A DNA stretch of 64,000 bases, taken from assembly GCA_003971905.1 (NCBI GenBank), contig RSEE01000010.1, positions 806,001 through 870,000 of the forward strand. The letters run 5' to 3'. Positions 1 to 11,879 of this stretch are shown here, one piece after another; position 1 is the stretch's first letter, and each line of letters opens with the position of its first letter. This DNA comes from Moniliella sp. 'wahieum'. Taxonomy: Eukaryota. Below the pieces are notes generated by a model. The model did no database searches. It was not told the DNA's origin and worked only from the letters and a program-made list of their open reading frames with translations. A program made the translations under genes and the position numbers.

Positions 1-200
1 ATCCATAACCGGCGAGCATCACCCCGTAACAATGACCGATGAGATGTATGACGCTGCATGAAGCCAGTCACTTTTCGCGCCAACGATCAGCTTGATCCCT
101 CTGCCTGAGCACCAAGCACCAAGCAGCAAGGTAGTATAAGAAGGGCTGAGAGCCACGCTCGTCAACCCAAGTCTCGCCCCCGCCACCCCCTACTGCTCTC

Positions 201-986
201 ATCTCCAACGTTGTTTGCAAGCACTGCCTCGATCTCAAGGAGATTCCTGGAACGCCGACGGGAAAGTATGACACGGTGGCCGGAATCAAGAGTTACATCC
301 AACCCGGCAGCAAAAAGGGTACCGTCATCCTTGCCACGGACATTTTTGGACTTGGCATCCCCAACCCAGCGCTGTTGGCCGACAAGTACAATGCCGGGAC
401 AGGCTTCACGGTCGTTGTTCCCGACCTGTTCAACGGTGATCCCATGAGCCCTAGTGACTTCAACATGAAGAAACACTCTGGCGACACCGAGCCGCAACCA
501 ATGGACGAGGCGGTTGGTCGTTTCATGGTCTGGCTTGGCAACAACCATGGATTTGACAACACGCTTCCGTTGGTCGCTAAGTTAATTGAGCACTATGCCC
601 CCCAAGGCCCAGTGGCCATCACGGGTTACTGCTACGGGGCCAAGCTTGCTGTGCTGTCAGCCATTTCAGGGGGTGCCACGGGCCCGCTTAAGGGCATCGT
701 GCTCAACCACCCGTCCATGCTCCAGGCGGCAGAGGCCAAGCAAATCCAGGTCCCTACCCTGCTCAACATGGCTGAGACCGAACCGGTGTTCACCCCCGAA
801 ATCCGGGACGAGTGGATTAAGACGCTCGAGGCCAACAAACTGCTCGATGCGGCGTCGACGACCTACCCTGGCACAGTACACGGTTTCACTTGCCGCCCGG
901 ACCTCTCGAGGCCCGACTTGAAGCATGCGTTTGAGTCGGCGGCGGCGGAAAGCACCATTGCGTTTTTCAACAAGGTCTTGGCTTGA
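201..986 (+). CDS. Dienelactone hydrolase family protein (alpha/beta hydrolase)
   Basis: ORF 276-986 has the nucleophile motif GYCYG, 'DIFG', 'VVPDLFNGD', 'HPS' and 'YPGTVHGF'. The frame continues upstream as ...NVVCKHCLDLKEIPGTPTG, typical of a fungal DLH N-terminus. The start probably lies near 201, where the sequence reads ATC rather than ATG. Confidence 0.85.
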   Translation: MSNVVCKHCLDLKEIPGTPTGKYDTVAGIKSYIQPGSKKGTVILATDIFGLGIPNPALLADKYNAGTGFTVVVPDLFNGDPMSPSDFNMKKHSGDTEPQPMDEAVGRFMVWLGNNHGFDNTLPLVAKLIEHYAPQGPVAITGYCYGAKLAVLSAISGGATGPLKGIVLNHPSMLQAAEAKQIQVPTLLNMAETEPVFTPEIRDEWIKTLEANKLLDAASTTYPGTVHGFTCRPDLSRPDLKHAFESAAAESTIAFFNKVLA

Positions 987-1365
987 TCTGCGCCGTCATG
1001 CAGAACTGATCTACCCTGGAAGAGCGAGCGCCTTTTCGGAAGCAATTCGTTGCCTCTACAATATAGTGCCTGATGGACACTACTGGGTGCATGTTATGAT
1101 AGCCATCAACATGTACCCACAGCTATGTCATGATTTTACACGTGCGACAGGAGTGGCCGTAGTTATAGCTGTGAGGTGTCTCTTGCGCGTCCTTGCGCAT
1201 CAACTTGCCACTCACTCCCATCTCAGCCATGTCTGTTCTCAACCACAGTACTGACACATAACTTGATGATGTTGACCTCAACCATTGCACGAAATCGCCC
1301 ACCAAAAGGTCGCTCATAAAGGTCGCTCATCTGGCGTTGCCTGTAGCTCATTACGCACGCAAGCC

Positions 1366-1447
1366 GGTTCCATATTGTAGTTGGTTAGCAAGTAGGATTC
1401 TGATCTTTGAAATTCCTGAAACCTGGGTTCGAATCCCAGTGGGACCT
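1366..1447 (+). tRNA. tRNA-Gln (anticodon CTG) with a 9-nt intron
   Basis: Cloverleaf: acceptor GGTTCCA/TGGGACC, D-stem TTGT/GCAA, anticodon stem TAGGA/TCCTG with loop TT-CTG-A, intron 1404-1412, T-arm CTGGG-TTCGAAT-CCCAG. A T-run (Pol III terminator) follows at ~1449. Confidence 0.92.
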
Positions 1448-2947
1448 GTTTTTGCTATCTTGGCTTTTTTGTTACTTTAGGCGTCCGGGGGGGGCGGGGG
1501 GGGGGGTGGCGGCTACGGGCAACAGCAGCACAGATGAGTGAGCCTGGTGGGCGCAGCGTTTCTTTGTCCCGGCGTTAAGCTCTGTGAACGATATACATGC
1601 AACAGTAGGGTTGGATATGGAGATAAACGTGGTCAACGTATGAGCACAGGCAGAACCATCTCCAACGAGACTCTTCTCGGCTAGGCTGGCGCTGATGTTG
1701 GTTCCTCAATGCAATGTCTGTGCTGATGTGGCCAAAAAACAACTATAACATATCATTTCGCACGCAGTTTCCCTCTTAGCTGGCAAAGTAGTATTCTCTC
1801 ACGTCATTAACATGTTGCCATGTCAAAGAATATAACGGTTCTGGGGCACACCAGCTGCTGTATGCGGTCCTGCCGTTCTTATCAACACACGCACAAGTCC
1901 ACCTTTTGCATCATCATAATATGGACACGTGTGCATGGAGATGTTTATCGGTGTACTAAATACCTATTCACTTTCACAATGAATCCGCATGAGGATTGAC
2001 GGTCGGACCTCGTATGGAACTCCGTAGTGACCTTTTCGACCCGCGTACAACCCAAAGGCACTATCTATCTCCGCGATAGCACTTGAAGCTTGACACGAGA
2101 GAAAAACAGTAAAGAATCCAAGGCTGGGGGCCAGTATGAGAACTACTCCATATTAGGAACCCGGACCATATGCAAAGGTCGGGCAGGAACACCGCGGAGA
2201 GGTGTGTTTACATGAAGCTGAAAGGCACGTCATCCACGCAGAGCTGGAGAGATACCAGTACAATATAATGGAGATTTTGTTTGCCATATAGGATCAATGT
2301 TCTTGACGTATATGCCGTCGTTAGTACTTGTGGAGAGGATTGACATATGGACCAAGTTAAAGCCGACAATGAGAGACTCTCCGCCTGCTGGATGTGTTCC
2401 GTGTGGGGACGACGGACAGATTGTTTGATGGCAAAGTATGAAGCAACAGGGACATAACCTCGTTACAGAAGAGAGAGAGAGATAATATAACAGAGACTAA
2501 ATTCATATGGTACCTGAGTTATCCGCAGGGCAGTTGCCACTATACAGTGTGGCTGCTCGTGATATAGTCGGACTCAGTGGAGTTATCAAGCGTCAGGCCG
2601 TCAGCAGTGGAAAGAGACAAGAACATTCATACAGCAGAGCAGTCAATATATTGCCCTTTCTCAAATGTGGTGGCGTGCGCCGTTCACTACATTCACTCGA
2701 GATACTCGCACAAATGGTGTATGTATTAGTGTGTGTGATGCATGATACACAAATTAATGAGATGGTGTCATTGCCATATTTTCCTCGAATATCTGTTTGC
2801 AGTGGTCGGCCCCCCTTATTTTGGAGAAGAGGTCAAGATAATCGGAGTTAGGACAGGGCAGGGTATTATCATGCGCTTGTGGTCCCTAGTATAGTATCTA
2901 CTTCTATCCTCACAATCATCTCTATAAAAGCACAGATCCAGCCGACC

Positions 2948-4530
2948 ATGGCTACTGCACACACCGCCCACGCCCCACACCATTCTCCACCATCATGGCC
3001 CCACCAACCCTCACTGCGGACGCCCCGCCGCTCCCCACACGCTGGCATCCACCCCGGTTCAGCCGCTGGTTGCTCCCACCAAGAGTACACCCGCCACCGA
3101 GACCCAGGCCCCGAAAGAACAGCGAAGGAGGTTGCCCCCGTGATTGCGACCGAAGTCGCAGACGTCAAGGGTAAGGACCAGTCACAGGTTCCTATCTGGG
3201 CGCGCATCTACTCTGTTTCTCAGCCTCCTTTCGAGAAGGCCTCAAAGGGCCATCCTTTGGATGTGGTTCCCCCCACCGCGAGTGAGAAGAGCCCCGAACC
3301 ACAGCCTCGGCGGAGGAGGTGGCGCAACGCAAGAAGGAGGTTGATGAGCTCAATGCCCGCAACGCCACAGCTAAGGCATTGGACGAGGAGCACAACGAAG
3401 GGTATGCCTATAAATGGGCGCTCCTTGGTACGACCAGCGCTTCCAGAGCAAGTGGTACAAGCAGGAACACATCCCTCCCCACGAGCACCATGACCCCGCC
3501 CTGCGTGCACTTGCTCACCCAGACCCGGAGGCGTTCCTTCACAAGGATGGGATCCAGGTTGAATCTCTCTCCCTCGGTTGGCACCGCGGTCCGTGGACCT
3601 GGGATCAATTTGGCCCGGTGACGCCCGATGAACTCGACGAGCTAGCCCTCTTTGTGACCCAACGCGGCGTGGTCACGTTTGAAAACCAACAGGAGTTTAT
3701 CAACTCGGGCCCGGAGAAGCTGGTGGAGTTCGGAAAGCACTTCAGCCAAGTGCTGCACCACACCCCGTTGCCCTCAGAAGTCAAGGGCTTCCCCGAGCTC
3801 CTACCAATCTACCGCTCCGACACCTACAATGTGGTCAAGCCGGCGCTCAAGAGAAGCCACGGTACCAATGGTGAGTTGCCACATTTTCTTCCCCCTCTTT
3901 GCTTATTCCCGTTTCTGACCGTACACACTCGCTCAGGCTGGCACACGGACATTACATTTGAAGCCCAGCCTCCTGGCATCACCACCCTGCTACTCTTTGA
4001 CCCTCCCGAGAGTGGGGCGCGACACTGGCTTTGTGGATTCCGAGGAACTGTACCGTCGCTTGTCGCCCTACCTTCGCAAGGTTCTTACGGCCTTTCTGCT
4101 GAACACGACTTTTTCAGTCAGCCTGGCCTGGTGCGAGCCTTTGCTGAGCGCCCGCAGAAGCGCACTCCTGTTTCTCATGTCCATCCGCGTGCGCACCCAC
4201 CCGGTCACAGGGCGCCAGAGCTTGTTTGTGAATGAGAACTTTGTCACCCGCTTGGTCGAGCTCAAGGACGAAGAGTCGCAGGCCCTTCTTACGGTGCTTT
4301 CCAACTTGGCCTCGAAGGCGCACGATGCGCAAGTGCGCATCCGCTGGCGCCCCGGCTCGGTCACCTTGTGGGACAACCGCCGGACTCAGCATCGCATCAT
4401 CCATGATGTAGTCGAGGGCCGGCGCCACGGCGTTCGCCTTACGCCTCAGGCGGAGCGTCCCTTTTACGTTCGTACTTCGTACGACGAAGATCTGGAGAAG
4501 GAGGACAACGCTGGGACCACACCTGCGTGA
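2948..4530 (+). CDS. TauD/TfdA-family Fe(II)/2-oxoglutarate dioxygenase (sulfonate dioxygenase-like), frameshifted
   Basis: Motifs spread over several frames: 'LALFVTQRGVVTF', 'GWHTDITFEAQPPG' (HxD), 'VRTHPVTG', 'LWDNRRTQH'. Intron ~3871-3937 (GTGAGT..CAG). TATAAAA at ~2923. Confidence 0.88.
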
Positions 4531-4812
4531 AGAATGGGTATACTGTATACGAAGGACGTATATGCCGTGTTGTATGGTTAGCTCTGCAGCATTGAGTCCG
4601 TAGTACTTAAAGGACTTCAATAACTACTACACCTCGAACCCGACGAGCCCCTGCGAACCTCCACTTATTATTGTTGGAACGTCAGACAACGAGCCTGCTA
4701 GGCGACGTTTCCCGTGTCACTTTCCAAAAGCGAACAAGACACGGCCACCTCGTCTGGAAATGCTGCCATACGTCTTTGCGTCTGCCTATCATCAGGTCCA
4801 AGGCGGCCCTAC

Positions 4813-6936
4813 TTATGGTAAAAATACATGCCAATCGACCTTACGAAACGACTCGAGTCCATACGCACTCATTGTCCCGGCCAACGCAGCCCCAGGTCCG
4901 CGCCCGAGTCGGGTTCCGTGTCGTCCTGAAAAGCGGCCCACTGAGCAAGTGTTGGTGCGCCAAATCGTGGCACCAACGCGCGCGGATGTGGAAGTAAGGG
5001 TGCGGGGACACGGTGAGCTTCGAGTCGAGCCCAGTCCATCTTGGTGTCCTGGTGAGGAGCACTGGGGGGATCGGATTCCTGAGCTCGTCTGCAAACCAGG
5101 CATGGCGCATAACGTCCTCAATCCCGCCAGAGAGACTGCCCAAACGGCGGCGTGGGTCAGGCTCAAGGAGACCCGCGATGAGGGGAAGCTTGTCGCATGG
5201 GGAGTCCCTCCTCCCGAGGAAAGGCCCGCTGGAAGTAGGAAAGGCAGCCTGCACCGCCCCTTCAACGTCCACTTTTTCGATCCCACGGAGGATGTTGGTG
5301 TACACAGGGGATGAGGGCACTGGGTGTACAGGAGGCTCCCTGTTGGGGGCAGGGTCGGCGGGGTGGGGGGAAGGGGGTGGGACATGGCCCTGTTCGTCGG
5401 TGGAAGACGAGAGGCCAGATGGAGAGCAGGAGACATCCGACCTGGAGGAAGACCACGATACTTGGGATCCAGCCTTCCGTGGAGGACCTTGTACGGAAAA
5501 GGGGGTGAACCCAGCTAGCATCTCGAACACCAGCACACCCAGGGCCCAAAAGTCGACGGCTTGGTCGTGCGGGCGCCGAAGCACCATCTCAGGGGCCAAA
5601 TACTCCTCCGTGCCGCAAAGGGAAAACGTACGACCATGGACCATACGGGGGGCCGCCGGCTCCCTTTGATCAACATTGCTGCTCGAAGCTGATCCCAAAG
5701 AAGGGGATGCGGGCTGGACCATGTCCCTTGGTAAAACTCTTTTCGCCAATCCAAAGTCGCACAACTTGGGATACCCATCGGCCCCCAAGACAACATTCTC
5801 TGGCTTAAGATCGCGGAAGATGATGTGCTCATCGTGCAGATAGCGTAACGCGAGGAGGATGCAGGCGGTGAAAAACTGGGCTTCGTCTCCACGAAGGTGA
5901 CCTGTGGGCAAGTGGCGAAGCAAATGAAACAGATCGCCTCCTGGGATGTACTCGAGAACAAGGTAGCACCGTTTGGTATCTTGTCCAGACGCAAAGTACG
6001 ACACCACCGATGGGTGGTGTAAGGTCGACAGGAGACCCGTTCTCGTAATGTATTCTCCATCTGGTTGAGTTGGACGATCCGGCTCTTAGATGACCTTAAC
6101 CGCATACAGTTGGCTCTTGTTTCCATTTTGGGGGTGACTCGTGCCGGGGTCAACAGAAGGACGTGGCCAAAGGTTCCAACGCCAAGACTTTGAAGCACTG
6201 TAAGGCGACTCAGCTGAATTGGTCGGTTGTTGTGAAGACAGGAAGCTGCGGAGGGAGAAGACGTGGACGCTCGCGGGGCGGGAGGACAGGCCAAACCGAA
6301 TGCACCGCCGCGTCGCCATGCGCTTTTTTCATCCCTCTGTTCCAAGCGATGAGCTACTTGAACTATCGTGGGGGTTGGGAATGGCAGAGCATGCTGGACG
6401 TGCAGTGGTGGTGGTAAGCAAAGGTTGTGGAGTCGATCCTAATTGCTCCGAAAGAGCATCTCCCCGGGCATTGAGCTTGGTTGGAGTAGATTCCTGATGG
6501 GTCAGTGGAAGCGCGGCGAAGGAATTTGGAGGGGGGCAAAGAGGAGCCAAGGTGATCAGGGCGGCGTTTTCGGGAGCCAGAAAGGCAGGGGCAGAAGTGA
6601 GTGGGAAGAGAGGATGCCAGCGTCCTGGGCCCAGGCCAGGCACTCAGAGTTAAGCTGGGGTATGACCGAGGCCAGGCCCAGCTGGGCACGTACGCGATCA
6701 CGCAGGTGGAGGGGAATGTGCCTGGACGGTAAGGACCACAGAGGGATGTAGGGGGCGTTAGCGGCCATAGCGGCGGTCCGCTCCAGCAGGGCCTGGTCGG
6801 CCTGTTGGACGAGGCGGTGGAGACGCTGTTGCAAGGAAGGGGGCAGGGCAGGGGGCGAGGAACTGGTGGGCGCGATAGCAGGACTGGATGCGGAGGGGAC
6901 ATCGCCGGTGCCAGGTGCCAAGGCCACGGCCGACAT
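4813..6936 (-). CDS. AGC-family (PKA catalytic subunit-like) Ser/Thr kinase with a long low-complexity N-terminus, frameshifted
   Basis: 'LGVGTFGHV', 'YAVKV', 'LEYIPGGDLF', 'IFRDLKPEN', 'CDFGLAK', 'SLCGTEEYLAPE', 'DFWALGVLVFEMLAG', and an AGC-like tail 'DWARLEAHRVPAP' in a shifted frame. Both ends are uncertain. Confidence 0.85.
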
Positions 6937-7467
6937 CAGGTCGAGCCCGGCCCAACGGATGTCATGCCCGCCCCCAGGGATGGGATAAACAGTGAGGTGT
7001 TGCTGGCAAGCTCACGCTCTGCCGTACCAAAGCGTCTTGCGGCTGGGGCGGAGGGGGGACAAGGGGGGACGAGGGGCGAGGAGCGGGCGGCATGGCGGGC
7101 GGCTGGCGTGGAGAGGCCGGGGGGAAGAGGCTGGCTAGGCCCGGAAGCGGGCGTGCAGCACGCGAGCGGCAGGAGGGCACGAGGAGGAGGCAGCGGCGTT
7201 GATCCAGAGCGGCCATGCGCCTACGAAGAATGATTAAAGAGTACGACATGCTGGCTGCTGCGGTGTCCCAGTCGCCGCCACGCGCCTGCCGCCTCTGCAT
7301 CAGCCATTCCGCACCGCCAGCACCACGCCAGCCAACGCCCTGGCCGAGTGCAGCTTGGGGTGCTCCCTGCAGTCTGCTCCAAAGCGCCGCCGTGCCGAGT
7401 GCTCCTCGTGACTGTGACATGTGTCTGCGCCATGTGACACATGCATGATGCAGGTACTACGGACGCG

Positions 7468-7510
7468 CAGGCGCAGGCTGAAGCTCAGGCGCTGCTTCAG
7501 CCTGCGCCTG
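7468..7510. repeat. Perfect 17-bp inverted repeat with a 9-nt spacer
   Basis: CAGGCGCAGGCTGAAGC (7468-7484) and GCTTCAGCCTGCGCCTG (7494-7510). Confidence 0.9.
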
Positions 7511-7871
7511 ACTAATAGCTGACTGCCTCACCAGTGGCGGCCCTGAGGGGCCTGAGGCCGTCCTGAAGGTTTTGGCTGAGCACTTGTGGGGTGTACACAA
7601 AACGCCGAGCATCAACGCTATCCAAACGTCGAGCATTGCATTGGGTGCTGTGGACGATCGTGGACACTGCCAAGCTGGTGGCGCTGGCTACGTGCCCAAC
7701 CTGAGCCCATGCACGCATGGCGGATCCCGCTGCAGAGAACGTCTAGTATGATACGGCGCTTCAATAACATCAAATCGTTCCCAGTCCGTGACGCGTTAAT
7801 CAAGTGATTCGATACATACACAGCTGCCGATAACCATCAGCCATCAAGCTTCAAGCTTCCAGCTTCCAGCT

Positions 7872-9878
7872 TCAAGCACCGATGGGCCAAGTGAAGGGCA
7901 GCAGCAGCCAAGGCCAACCCGCCGGGCCAAGGCAGACGATGGTCGCCCCCCCTGTGGTGCATGATGCAGGATACAGGATCCGAAGCATATGCACTTCCCC
8001 CTTAGGCATCCAACTTGGCACCGGAGATTCGGCCGACGAAGGCGAGACAGGGTCCGAAAGGCCGTCCTTGTCGTCCGAGACAGGATAGTCCTCCCCAAGA
8101 GTGTCACGCGGCACCTCTTCCTCACCAAGGTCGACAGCGAGCGTCTGCTCCATGTTCAACTTGGCGTCGTCAGGAAGATGGTCGCCAGGATGGGCACCAC
8201 CGAGACAACGATCGCGATAATGAGCATAATGTGCCAGTAGTACTTGGCATACGCCCCAATGAGCGCAGAGCGATTGGGTGTACCCATGGCCCAACCCGGG
8301 TCCGAGATGACGTTAAAGGGGTTGCCCGCAGCGCAGCCACCTCGTGGGAGTCAGATTGGGTGCCAGCTTGGCGAGTTGAGCAGGCAGGACAGTCTTCTGG
8401 ACCGCACCTGCTACGGCCGAGCCAATCGCACCACCCACTTCCGTCATGAGCAAGGACGAAGGCGGTCACCATAGCCACATCGGCATGCGGGACCAAAACC
8501 TGCGCCGCCACTTGCAGTTGAACGCCCAAAATGCCACCGCCAAAGCCCTGGATGATCTGGGGAATGAAGCTGAGCGTAGTTGATCCTTCTCCGCGGTACC
8601 GGATCATCAAGCCAATGCCCACCATACGGACGCAGGCCCGGCGAACATTTGCCACTTGTAGCGCATGGTGTAGGCCGATAAGATACCGCCCATAATACCG
8701 AACACAGTCAAAGACAACGATTGGCAGTTGGAGAAGTAGTTTGCTTGCTGCGCGCTCCATCCTTTCACGACCATAGCCCACAGGTATCGTTGGTCCACGA
8801 ACAGTAGAATGCGAAGAAGTCGGTAACACCAATGATATGGGAACCATCACTGTATGGAGCAAAGACAGTCAGTAGCTGTCAAACGACAAACAGAATGAAA
8901 ACACGCACATCCTGTTAGTCACATATCGCTGACGGATCAATGGCTCCAATGCACAAAACTTCTCCCACAACACCAGAAGTCCCAGCACGCGGGCCCAACC
9001 AAAATCATCACGATCGAGTGGGCTTGGCGCCACGTTTTCTCGCTACCCCGCCAAATCGATGGCCAGGAGAATCAATAGCCATCCAGCCACGACAAGAAGG
9101 ATACCAGGGATATCGAGGGCGCGGAGAAAGGGGACCCATCCTACCCAGCGTTCCCGCAAGGAGGGTGTCAAGCCATTGCGCCGTGCGCTCCACTGCGACA
9201 TGATCAGAATAGAAAGGATTGGAATGGCCACAACAGGAACATGATGTCATCATTCCGGCCCCCAGCGCCATCCTCCTGTGGACGACTTGCTGCAGGTCAT
9301 GTTGGGCAGATGGCATTTACAATGCGAGGAACAGGAACACCGCAAGTTAATGACATATGGCAACGATACCAGACCGATCGCCATACCGCGGAAGCGGGTA
9401 GGCACCCAGTCGGCAATCACGATTTGCTGCATGATCTGAACGCCCGTGTTGCCTGTGGCGTGATGGCTGTGCCAGCCCAGATGGCGGCCATGTTTTGGCT
9501 GGCGCCACAATGATAAAGCCAACAGTGTAAAAGCCAACCGAGAGACAGTACGCTGGGCCGCCAAAGACGTCGGCCAACCGCGCAATCGGTAGCTTCATGA
9601 CACCAATCAAGACTTGCTGCACGACAGAGAGGGCCTGTAGGAGGACAGGTAGGCGCCAAAGTACGAGGTGGCAGCCGTGATCCAGGATAGTAGGACTGGT
9701 TGTCCATCCCGTTGACATAGCTCATGAGGCCAATGCCAATCCAGGCGCCATAGAGGAGGTATCGGTTGCGGTGCGCAAAGGCGCGGGCAGCCTCGGCCTT
9801 GGACACACCGCCATGAGCGATGGATACGAGTGCGGCAGCGTCCGAACCGGTCTGCTGCTTGTGGGGAGGAGAGAGCAT
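7872..9878 (-). CDS. Siderophore-iron transporter (MFS, ARN/SIT/MirB family), frameshifted
   Basis: Fragments 'GVSKAEAA', 'KLPIARLADVFG', 'QQIVIADW..TRFRG', 'LDIPGILL', 'FIPQIIQGFGGGI...QVAAQVLVPHADVAMVTA' are characteristic of fungal siderophore MFS transporters. Confidence 0.85.
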
Positions 9879-11879
9879 GGAAGCGGGCGGCTGAGTGGGA
9901 GTAAAGGGATGGCTTCCGGGTCGCCGCGTGTCGAAGGAAGAACGGCGGAGGCGGGGGGGTGGGACGGACCATTGAGCGGGGCCGGGGAGGCTCCTTTTAG
10001 GCAGTGGCGTGTGGCGGCGCGGCAAACGCGTCCAGGCCCCTGCGGTGGGATGGCCGCGTACAGCAGAATTTGGGGGGCAGGCATCAACCGTCAAGCTTCA
10101 GGCGCGTGGGCTCGAGGCTGGCCACGCCGGATGGCGTGAGCCATTTTGCATACTCCCGCCGAGCCGCCCGCGCGCCAAGGCACTGCTCTACAATTCATTG
10201 CTCACAGCCTCTATCTGATCGGACCGGTGCATCCGTCGCACTAAGCAACATTGAATTTTGCCCACCAAGTTCTATTTCTTCGCGTCCGCACCGAGCGAGC
10301 AGCGAGGACGCCCATGATGCATGATGCATGAGCGAGACGCGTGATGTCGCACACCATGCGACCTGTGACGCGTGAGTGTGATGCGCAGGCGCCCGAGCGG
10401 AGGCGCGGAGACGGAGACCCCAGTTGCGTGTGCCTGCTGTGCCTGGCTGGTCTGGTAGGTATGCTATGCCAGGCATCGACCGTCTGCGCTCCTCTTTTCT
10501 GCTGCCTGGAATGATCGATGCGATGATGCAGAGGATGCTAGGGTGAAATGCTCTCAAACTCACACCCTAGTAGTTATTGATGAGAAGACGCAAAAAAATA
10601 TTCTCCGCGTTTGACCCCTTGGGCCTAGGGCCGCTGTGTGGTCTCTCCGGCCTCGGCCCCCCACAGACCACAGACCTCGGGTCCCTCCTCCCCCAGGCTA
10701 CCCCTCCGCACAAGTCACTCAGGGACTCTCACCTCTCAGCCACAGCCTCGACACCTCCCGCATCGCGCGCCTCGCCTCTCACAAAGTCACACCAGTCACA
10801 GACGTATGGCAGGGCGTGCGTTCCAGGCCCTCTCTCGCCCAATCCAACTGTCGCCACAGTCCGTACTTTGATGAGAAGTGGGTTTTTACAGAAGCGTATT
10901 CTTATGGGCGCCCCTCTGCTATACTCTTTTTGGGATCACCTGTCACATGTCACAGCATACAACGACTGTTCTGTTGTAACATATGAAGCAGTTCATTTGC
11001 TTCGCTATAAACAGAACCTTTGGGACGCTGTGCACTATGCTACGGCGCGGTTCTTTGCGCGTTCCTTTGTATTTCTTTTCGCTATAGCTATAGTTAGTAC
11101 ACCCTACCCTATATATGGGGCTGTAATGCGACACGCACTCATGAAGCTTCAAAAGGTTCTACTTCAACCGTTGACCGTGTACACCAACAACGTTCAACCT
11201 CAGTCCTTAGGCCATCAATGTTGCCTCAGGCCCTTTTGGCAAAGCATCGTCCATCGCACAGCCCTCTCCTACTTTCCGGTAACCAGGATATAACCAGCAG
11301 GGGCATCGGAGAGATACAAATAATGTGAGACGCTTTCGTGACAGATGCGCCCTGGGGCCTGGACCTCCTTTTTGAGTATAGTGCCGCAGAAGCCTCAGGC
11401 TGAGGCCTCGTGTGACATGTGAGTGTGACACATGCATGAGGAATGGGTGCAATCTGATCTCGATCTCATGCATCATGCACCAGCATCAATATTCATATTC
11501 AACGTCAATGGTGGGGTATGAATGTAATGCACTTTTCAGCCAGTTGTTTTAGGCGTATGGCCTCCTGTGGCATGTGCGCATGAGCCCCCTGGGCGCAACG
11601 GCCCCAGTATTGCACAGTGCCTGAACGTTGAACGTCCTCAAGCTGAGGCCCTGAGGCCCTGAGGTGTTGAGCCGGGTGGCTTGTGCTTTGGCCTATGTCC
11701 CTTCAGTTCCACTTCAGGCCTAGGAGTTCCGTTGTTTTCTCTCTCCTGTTTTTTCCTTGTCCCGCAGCTTAGCCCCTGAGGCCTGATGGCGACTCGCTGC
11801 TTGGTGTTCCTCTGTAGGCTTTACTGGCTGCCACACCACCACCACCAGTGCGATTGCATCACTCTTGAGGACCACATCC

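Noticed and set aside
2305..4568. 14-bp direct repeat GACGTATATGCCGT on both sides of the TauD gene
   Set aside because: Several 14-mer matches are expected by chance in 64 kb, and there are no terminal repeats or transposase.
10577..11293. 238-aa ORF
   Set aside because: Non-ATG start in the track, no recognisable motif, and composition resembling intergenic DNA.
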